From NCBI GenBank assembly GCA_017436675.1, contig JAFSCS010000042.1, positions 18,604-82,603 of the forward strand: a stretch of 64,000 nucleotides of DNA, written 5' to 3'. The position numbers and the translations under genes were made by a program. Origin of the DNA: Clostridia bacterium (GTDB lineage: Bacteria; Bacillota; Clostridia; Oscillospirales; CAG-382). Below are positions 26,188-34,057 of this stretch, piece by piece. The notes under the pieces were generated by a model. It saw only the letters and a program-made list of their open reading frames with translations. It was not told where the DNA came from and made no database searches. Position 1 is the first letter of the stretch; every line of letters begins with the position of its first letter.

Positions 26188-27609
26188 ATGAAAAAGTTAA
26201 TTGCACTTGTTCTTTGTTCTCTCCTTCTTCTCTCCTGCGTTGCTATGGTTGGCTCCGCAGCTAAAGTTGATGTTGAGAACGGACTTCTCGATCCCGCCGG
26301 CTCTTTTATGGCTAAAGGCGGAAGAATCGGACACGCTGGTAGCTACACCGCTAAGATCGGCTTCAATAAATGGAACGCTGACGACTACGGCTGTGGTGAT
26401 ACAGTATTCGTAACCCGCACAGAAGGTAAAACAACCATCGGCGAAGCTTTGGACGTAGCTAATGGTCAATATAACCTCAACTGGTGGAGAGTAATGGTTG
26501 TTGAATATGACAACACAGATGGAAATTGCTGCTACAAAGTAAAAGAGGTCCATGCTCCCGCTGATGCAACATCCGATGCAAAAGCTGCTTTGGTTATCCC
26601 CGAAGGCGGATTCGCAGTTGTTATCCACAACCTCGAAACATTCGAGCCCGAAGACAAACGTGAAAACATCGACATCGCTGCAATGAGCACAGCTAACTGC
26701 GCTGCATTCGATCAATATGCAGTAGGCGATCAAGTTGACATCATCGGTGTTCCTTCTCCCCTCCTTCCCGAATTCGGTATCTACGAACTCACAACAGCTC
26801 CCACACTCGACGGTGAGATCAGAGCTGGTGAATACGGCGACGCTGTAATGGAAATCAACCCCGAAAACCCCCTCTGCGACTACTTTATGTTCGGCGCAGA
26901 CAAATATGCAACAGGTAAATTCTACGCAACATACGTAGGCGATACACTCTATCTCGCATGGGATATCGCTTCCGAGCACTACAAATATATGGTAGACGGC
27001 GCTGCAAGCGGTATGTGGCAATATGACTGTATCCAAATCAACATCAGTGCACTTTCTACATACGATGACCATATGCTCAATGCAACAGCTCAACCTTGGG
27101 GCACATTGGCAGCTGGTTATGACTGCATGATCCAACTTGGTATCTCCGTAAAAGAAGACGGTACAACAGTACTTTGCCATAACGGCGAATGGTTCGGCAA
27201 CAACAAGTGTGCTATGGAAGGTAAAGCTAAGAGAGACGATACACTTGGTAAGACAATTTACGAAGTAGCTATCAAAGCTGATGACATCAGCAACGCTTTC
27301 GCTAACTATGACATTTCCTTCGATAAGGGAACAGAGTTCGCACTCTCCTTCTCTATCAACACAGATGACGGTTCTCAAAAAGTTCTCCGTCTCCGTGATG
27401 GCGGTTCTATCTTCGGTAGAAACGACTACTCCAAGGCTCCCAACGCTGTTCTTCTCGGCGCTAAACAACAAGCTCCCGATACAAGCGAACCCGCAACAGA
27501 GCCCACCGAACCTTCAACACCTAACACAGGCGACTCCACAATGGTATTCGCTCTCATCGCTCTCGTAGCTATGGCAGGTGCTGCAGTTGTTGCAAAAAAA
27601 GTTAGATAA
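26188..27609 (+). CDS. abundant cell-surface protein with CBM9/DOMON-like domain and LPXTG-like C-terminal sorting signal
   Basis: Signal peptide MKKLIALVLCSLLLLSCVAMVGSA. The stretch TLDGEIRAGEYGDAVMEI...FYATYVGDTLYLAWDI resembles CBM9-type modules. The C-terminus is TPNTGD, a hydrophobic stretch, then KKVR. Codon bias resembles nifJ and groEL. Confidence 0.75.
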   Translation: MKKLIALVLCSLLLLSCVAMVGSAAKVDVENGLLDPAGSFMAKGGRIGHAGSYTAKIGFNKWNADDYGCGDTVFVTRTEGKTTIGEALDVANGQYNLNWWRVMVVEYDNTDGNCCYKVKEVHAPADATSDAKAALVIPEGGFAVVIHNLETFEPEDKRENIDIAAMSTANCAAFDQYAVGDQVDIIGVPSPLLPEFGIYELTTAPTLDGEIRAGEYGDAVMEINPENPLCDYFMFGADKYATGKFYATYVGDTLYLAWDIASEHYKYMVDGAASGMWQYDCIQINISALSTYDDHMLNATAQPWGTLAAGYDCMIQLGISVKEDGTTVLCHNGEWFGNNKCAMEGKAKRDDTLGKTIYEVAIKADDISNAFANYDISFDKGTEFALSFSINTDDGSQKVLRLRDGGSIFGRNDYSKAPNAVLLGAKQQAPDTSEPATEPTEPSTPNTGDSTMVFALIALVAMAGAAVVAKKVR

Positions 27610-27627
27610 GTTTTAACTTGATAATAA

Positions 27628-27657
27628 AAGACTCTTCCTCGTGAAGAGTCTTTTTTT
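27628..27657 (+). terminator. rho-independent terminator
   Basis: The sequence is aagactcttc-ctcgt-gaagagtctt followed by ttttt. Confidence 0.85.
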
Positions 27658-27748
27658 GTGTAACGCAGTAATAAAATCAGCTTAATTGTTGACATAAACC
27701 CGAAATTTTGTTATACTAATATAGATATGGATACGATTGGAGAAAGCT

Positions 27749-28876
27749 ATGTACGAATTGGTCGCAACCTGTATGTTCGGGCTCGAGAAATTTCTCGGTG
27801 AAGAAATAGATGCACTCGGCTATGAGCGAATCGAAACGATAGACGGTCGAGTAACCTTCCGCGCACCCATCGAGGGCGTCGCATACAGTAATATATTCTT
27901 CCGCTATGCAGAGCGTGTGCTGATAAAGGTCGGCTCATTCCGTGCTACAACGTTCGAGGAGCTTTTCCAAGGAACGAAGGCTCTCGATTGGAGCGAGTGG
28001 ATCGATCGATACGATGCATTCCCCGTAAAAGGACATTCTATCCGCTCGAAGCTCTTTTCCGTCTCCGATTGCCAGAGTATCGTAAAAAAAGCGATAGTCG
28101 AGAACTTGAAGGAAGAATATGAGATCGACTATTTCGAAGAAACGGATATAAAATATCAGATCGAGTTTTTGATACTCAACGATAACGTAACAATGATGAT
28201 AGACACGAGCGGAGACGGACTCCATAAACGCGGCTACCGAACCCAAGCTAACCTCGCACCGTTGAAGGAAACGCTTGCCGCGGCAATAGTAAATCTGTCT
28301 CGCCCGCGAGAGAACGTCATCATCTGTGATCCAATGTGCGGAAGCGGAACACTATTGATCGAAGCCGCAATGATGTGCGCAGGCTTCGCTCCCGGACGAA
28401 ACCGCCGCTTTGCCGCAGAGCAGTATCCCCAGATCCCCGAATCCGCGTGGATCGAAGCAAGAGAAAAAGCAAAGTCGATGGAGACCGAGCCGAAAATGCA
28501 AATAATCGGCTATGACGTCGATCCGAATACCGTCGCGATCGCGATCGAGAACGCAAAAAGAGCAGGCGTCGAAAATTTCGTCCGCTTCTACGTCCGCGAT
28601 GCTCGTCAGTTCAAAAACCCCGTCGAGGGCGCAAGAGGAACAATAATAATGAATCCGCCGTACGGCGAACGTATGGGCGATAAAAGGGAAGTTCAGCAGC
28701 TTATCCGCGAGGTTGGAAGGACGTTCCAAAAAGAGATCCCCAATTGGCAAAAATATATCTTGTCGAGCGACGAGGAGTTTGAAAAATTCTTTGGAAGAAA
28801 GTCCGATAAAGCACGAAAGCTCTATAACGGAATGCTGAAATGCTACCTTTATCAGTATTTCAAAAGACAATATTGA
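27749..28876 (+). CDS. THUMP-domain class I SAM-dependent RNA methyltransferase (RlmL/YpsC-like)
   Basis: Start at MYELVATCMFGLE. Motifs: DPMCGSGTLLIEAA, IIGYDVD, MNPPYGERMG. Confidence 0.85.
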   Translation: MYELVATCMFGLEKFLGEEIDALGYERIETIDGRVTFRAPIEGVAYSNIFFRYAERVLIKVGSFRATTFEELFQGTKALDWSEWIDRYDAFPVKGHSIRSKLFSVSDCQSIVKKAIVENLKEEYEIDYFEETDIKYQIEFLILNDNVTMMIDTSGDGLHKRGYRTQANLAPLKETLAAAIVNLSRPRENVIICDPMCGSGTLLIEAAMMCAGFAPGRNRRFAAEQYPQIPESAWIEAREKAKSMETEPKMQIIGYDVDPNTVAIAIENAKRAGVENFVRFYVRDARQFKNPVEGARGTIIMNPPYGERMGDKREVQQLIREVGRTFQKEIPNWQKYILSSDEEFEKFFGRKSDKARKLYNGMLKCYLYQYFKRQY

Positions 28877-28893
28877 CTAAAACCGACAAAATT

Positions 28894-29034
28894 TTAGCAC
28901 TCAAAGTTCAAATTTGCTAAAATTGTGAAAATTTTTTTAAAAATTTGTTAAAAATCAAAAATACCTATTGACAATTACACTCAAAAGGATTAAAATAACC
29001 ACGTTGTTTGGCAATCCTCTCTTTTGAGTGCTAA
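28894..29034 (+). promoter_or_regulatory. groESL control region: degenerate CIRCE, sigma-A promoter, and a split CIRCE-like inverted repeat
   Basis: Degenerate CIRCE: TTAGCACTC-N9-ATTTGCTAA (28894-28920; consensus second arm is GAGTGCTAA). Promoter: TTGACA (28968-28973), 17-nt spacer, TAAAAT (28991-28996). The arms TTACACTCAAAAG (28975-28987) and CTTTTGAGTGCTAA (29021-29034) are inverted repeats separated by 33 nt. Confidence 0.55.
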
Positions 29035-29077
29035 ATCGATAAATTAAAACATTATATAAATTTCGGAGGAAAAGTAA

Positions 29078-31004
<1,927 letters not shown>

Positions 31005-31018
31005 TAAAATAACGTTCA

Positions 31019-31048
31019 AAACTCCCAATTTCAAATTGGGAGTTTTTT
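31019..31048 (+). terminator. rho-independent terminator of groESL
   Basis: The sequence is aaactcccaatt-tca-aattgggagttt followed by ttt. Confidence 0.85.
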
Positions 31049-31184
31049 ATTAAACCATATTGACAATAAATATATATATGTATTATAATAAAAATAGAGA
31101 GATTATCGAAAGGGGTGAGTCCAATGGTTATTATTATGATTTTGGCAAAACAACCATATAATAACTGAAAAGGAGAGATGATTT

Positions 31185-32072
31185 TTGAAAAAAACAATTT
31201 GTTTATTATTGATTCTTTTGTTGGCACTTGTCCCGATTCTTGTAAGTGCTGCAAATAACGATGATGTTGAAACTATAACATTAATCGAGTATAATTGTGT
31301 TACAAAAACTGAAAGAGAAGTAGTTGTTGAGGTAGATGAAGATGATTTGACTGCGCCAATGCCTGTATTGGGCGCTAATCCCAATTTAACGAGACAAATC
31401 ATTAATGGCAATAATAGAATTCAAGTTTACTTGGGAGCGTATAATACTTTTCCCTATAGTGCTATAGGTTTAATATCATGTGAAATAGAAAATGAAAAGT
31501 CATATTCTACTGGTTTTATTGTAGGTGAAAGAACTGTATTAACAAGCGTAGAAGCTGTTTATTCGCTTGAACCTAATATTAATATGGAGTGTGCATATTT
31601 TTTACCTCATGCAGATGCCGGCTCAACACATACTTATATAGAAAATAATGGTGTCAAGGTATATAAAACTTATGCTCCTGCTGACTACTTTACAAATCCG
31701 TGCGCCGCAAATGATTGGGCCATTTTGGTTTTAGAGGAGGATGTTGGTACAGATAATGGTATTATCCGACTTGATCACGTGGCACCGCATTATTCTGTAG
31801 AAGTTAAATTGATAGGTTATGACGATACAAGAGCAATGTATATATCACCCGGTAACCCCTCTTTATACACAACTAACGATGTTTTATACACTTGCGATAC
31901 TACTGCAGTTAATAGGGGGTCGCCTGTATTTTATATAACAGGTGGAGGCGCATTTTATTATGCATTTGCCATACACCATGGCGATTCAACTAATTATTCT
32001 AATATAGGTTGTAGAGTCACCCAATCACTTATTAACCGTGTTTATGAAATAGATGATGAATATTTACATTAA
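31185..32072 (+). CDS. secreted V8/glutamyl-endopeptidase-like (S1B fold) protein lacking catalytic His and Ser
   Basis: TTG start with RBS aaaggagag. Signal peptide MKKTICLLLILLLALVPILVSA. STGFIVGERTVLTSVEAVY aligns with V8 SGVVVGKDTLLTNKHVV. NDWAILVL aligns with GDLAIVKF. TTAVNRGSPVFY aligns with TTGGNSGSPVFN. Confidence 0.8.
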   Translation: MKKTICLLLILLLALVPILVSAANNDDVETITLIEYNCVTKTEREVVVEVDEDDLTAPMPVLGANPNLTRQIINGNNRIQVYLGAYNTFPYSAIGLISCEIENEKSYSTGFIVGERTVLTSVEAVYSLEPNINMECAYFLPHADAGSTHTYIENNGVKVYKTYAPADYFTNPCAANDWAILVLEEDVGTDNGIIRLDHVAPHYSVEVKLIGYDDTRAMYISPGNPSLYTTNDVLYTCDTTAVNRGSPVFYITGGGAFYYAFAIHHGDSTNYSNIGCRVTQSLINRVYEIDDEYLH

Positions 32073-32102
32073 TAGTATATTATAGAAAGGAAATATTTAG
32101 CA

Positions 32103-32462
32103 ATGAAAAAATTTATTTTATTTAGTCTTATCATCATGCTTTGCCTTCCTTTGCTTGTATCTTGCATTACAACGTTAGGCGCAGATGATAAATTCAATGA
32201 GCAAAAAAACGAAACAAGTGTCGTTGATAATGGCACCGCATCAGAAACTGAAACTGATGTTAAGAATACTGACTTAGCTGAAAAAGAAGCACCAACGGAT
32301 GAGGAACTAAAGAAGCGTGCTGAGGATCTGGGTGTAAAGATCATCGGTGAGAGCGAAAATTTCTTCTCTTATATAGAAAAAAGTGGAGATATGGAGTTGC
32401 TCGTTCAGATCTCAAAAGATCAGTTCGAAGCCTATTTAGATAAAATCGCTAACGAGCAATAA
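32103..32462 (+). CDS. small lipoprotein, unknown function
   Basis: The product starts MKKFILFSLIIMLCLPLLVSC (lipobox). It is an acidic 119-aa protein, AT-rich like the preceding gene, and starts 30 nt after it. Confidence 0.7.
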   Translation: MKKFILFSLIIMLCLPLLVSCITTLGADDKFNEQKNETSVVDNGTASETETDVKNTDLAEKEAPTDEELKKRAEDLGVKIIGESENFFSYIEKSGDMELLVQISKDQFEAYLDKIANEQ

Positions 32463-32481
32463 TATAAAATGCTGAGCTTAT

Positions 32482-32704
32482 GCGTAGTGCCCTTAAGGAC
32501 ACTACGCAGCGATATAAATCCCTAACGGGATTTGCGATATACGCTATCGCGTGCGATATATCTTCGATGCGATATGCCCTGCGGGGCGTGAAGGGGATTT
32601 ATATCATATCGCAACCGACCGCAAGGGAGGTTATATCGCTTTTGAGCGTAGCTTGCATGGCAAGCCGCGAAAATATATCGCATTAGCGAAAGCAAATATA
32701 TCGC
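32482..32704. repeat. convergent array of eight GCGATAT heptamers interleaved with short hairpins
   Basis: GCGATAT occurs at 32509, 32534, 32553 and 32569. ATATCGC occurs at 32606, 32633, 32675 and 32698. Hairpins: gcgtagtg...cactacgc (32482-32509), aaatccc-taac-gggattt, gccc-tgcg-gggc, gcttgc-atg-gcaagc. Confidence 0.8.
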
Positions 32705-32847
32705 CATAAAAAAGAGCTTCTGTGTCCACAGAAGCAGTGCTTGCAAAGAAAAGAGGACGAGGATCTGTAAAACACCTCGTCCTTTTCCTGTCGGTAGGTA
32801 ACGTACTTTATTAAATTTCAAAAACTGTCCTTTAGAGTACGCACCTT

Positions 32848-33195
32848 ATAAGCCGTCTTTTTTATGAGCGAAAGAAAGGGACGGCATCAGCCGTCCGCCT
32901 ATATTGCAGTTCCAATCAAGATGGAAGCATACCAAGATGGGTGGTTTTTTGTGCCACACAAAAGCAGTTCGGGTATTATGTTGCTTTTTGGGGGGCGCAC
33001 ACACTATTTGCCTTGCAAATAGGTTTGGATTTTGGCTTCGCCAAAAACGCCCTCCACCCGCGAACTTTTGAAAAAGTTCGATCAAAACTTTCAATTCCTT
33101 GGTGATGTAACTGTTTCAATACAATCAAGTCATCCCCAAAATTTAAGTTTTTTGGGGGAGTTTGAGGGGTACTTTTTCGAAAAAAAGTACCCCTC
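32848..33195 (+). repeat. mosaic intergenic repeat, family F
   Basis: Positions 33049-33195 align with 43985-44123 through cttttgaaaaa..t.ga..aaaactt..a.t.ccttggtgat.taa...tttc.atacaatcaagtcatccccaaaatt.aagttttttgggg.ag.tttgag. It ends in the hairpin gaggggtac...gtacccctc (33164-33195), next to the darA stop. Confidence 0.85.
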
Positions 33196-33204
33196 AATAA
33201 AAAC

Positions 33205-33531
33205 CTAAATCTTTTCAAAACCTTCAACGCCGAGCACGAAGATCGTCGCGCCGCCGACCTGCACCTCGTCACCGAGGCTGTTGTCGCACATCCCGCGTCC
33301 GAACGAGGAAGTCGAAGGGTTGAGCTGCTTTCTCGTGGGACAAAGATCACGTAAAATGGCTTTGATCCTCTCGACCTTGTCGTCTTCCGTGCCGATAAGA
33401 AGCGTCGTATTGCCGACCATCAAAAAGCCGCCCGTCGTCGAAAGCTTTGTGACGAAGAAACCTTCCTTGTTGAGTGCCGACGAAACGATCATACTGTCGT
33501 CGTTGTTTATAATTGCCAAAACCAATTTCAT
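33205..33531 (-). CDS. darA: cyclic-di-AMP receptor, P-II-like (DarA/PstA, YaaQ family)
   Basis: MKLVLAIINNDDS...FFVTKLSTTGGFLMVGNTTLLIGTEDDKV...VQVGGATIFVLGVEGFEKI is collinear with B. subtilis YaaQ as I recall it (MKL..A.V.D.DS...F.VTKLATTGGFL..GNTT..IG.ED..V...V.VGGATVFVL.V..F). Confidence 0.9.
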   Translation of the reverse strand: MKLVLAIINNDDSMIVSSALNKEGFFVTKLSTTGGFLMVGNTTLLIGTEDDKVERIKAILRDLCPTRKQLNPSTSSFGRGMCDNSLGDEVQVGGATIFVLGVEGFEKI

Positions 33532-33555
33532 ATCTTTTTTCTCCCTTAATATATT

Positions 33556-34050
33556 TTATAGCTCATATGAAAGTAACTTTTGTGAATGCTTGTCGAGTGC
33601 GCTCACGTCGGGTATCTCATATCGGTTGTCGTTCGCATCACGAACGAGAATACGTCCGTCATAAAGCGTCTTGATATCGCTGTGTCTGTTTTTGATCCTG
33701 ATAGTCCGCTCGCCGCGGTCAGTCATAATGGTCCATTTCAAAACACCGAATTTCTCAACGATATTGAGCACCGCCGTTATCCTCGGAATAAGATAATATT
33801 CCTCGAGACAATCCTCAATAGCCTTTTTTGAATCGGGCATCAACCTGTCGAGATCTCGAATGACCGCCTTTTCCTTGAGGTCGCTGTCGAGTAGTGTAAT
33901 ATAATTGCGAAGCCCCGAGAGCGGGAACAGCCTCCGCGGCTCAAGTCCCTCAAACCGCTCACCGCTGTAAAACTCAACGTCAACGAGACAAGTTCCGACC
34001 TTCGTGATGCGAACCTCGTCACCGTTAATATAATTTGCCATATCAACCAT
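33556..34050 (-). CDS. DUF1854-like protein (ABC-exporter-associated)
   Basis: 164 aa. The motifs PRRLFPLS, ITLLD and YLIPRI fit my recollection of DUF1854. It starts 7 nt after the ABC gene stop and ends 24 nt before darA. Confidence 0.65.
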   Translation of the reverse strand: MVDMANYINGDEVRITKVGTCLVDVEFYSGERFEGLEPRRLFPLSGLRNYITLLDSDLKEKAVIRDLDRLMPDSKKAIEDCLEEYYLIPRITAVLNIVEKFGVLKWTIMTDRGERTIRIKNRHSDIKTLYDGRILVRDANDNRYEIPDVSALDKHSQKLLSYEL

Positions 34051-34057
34051 CCTCCCC

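Noticed and set aside
26197-27471. 424-aa ORF antisense to the surface-protein gene.
   Set aside because: This has the same codon-bias artefact. The plus-strand gene has a promoter, RBS, signal peptide, sorting signal and terminator, and the antisense ORF has none of these.
32480-32704. Possible CRISPR array or protein-coding ORF (32480-32686) in the GCGATAT region.
   Set aside because: The repeated unit is only 7 nt, the spacings are irregular (16-42 nt), the orientation flips midway, and no cas genes are nearby, so it is not a CRISPR. The ORF has no RBS and its frame is not respected by the repeats.
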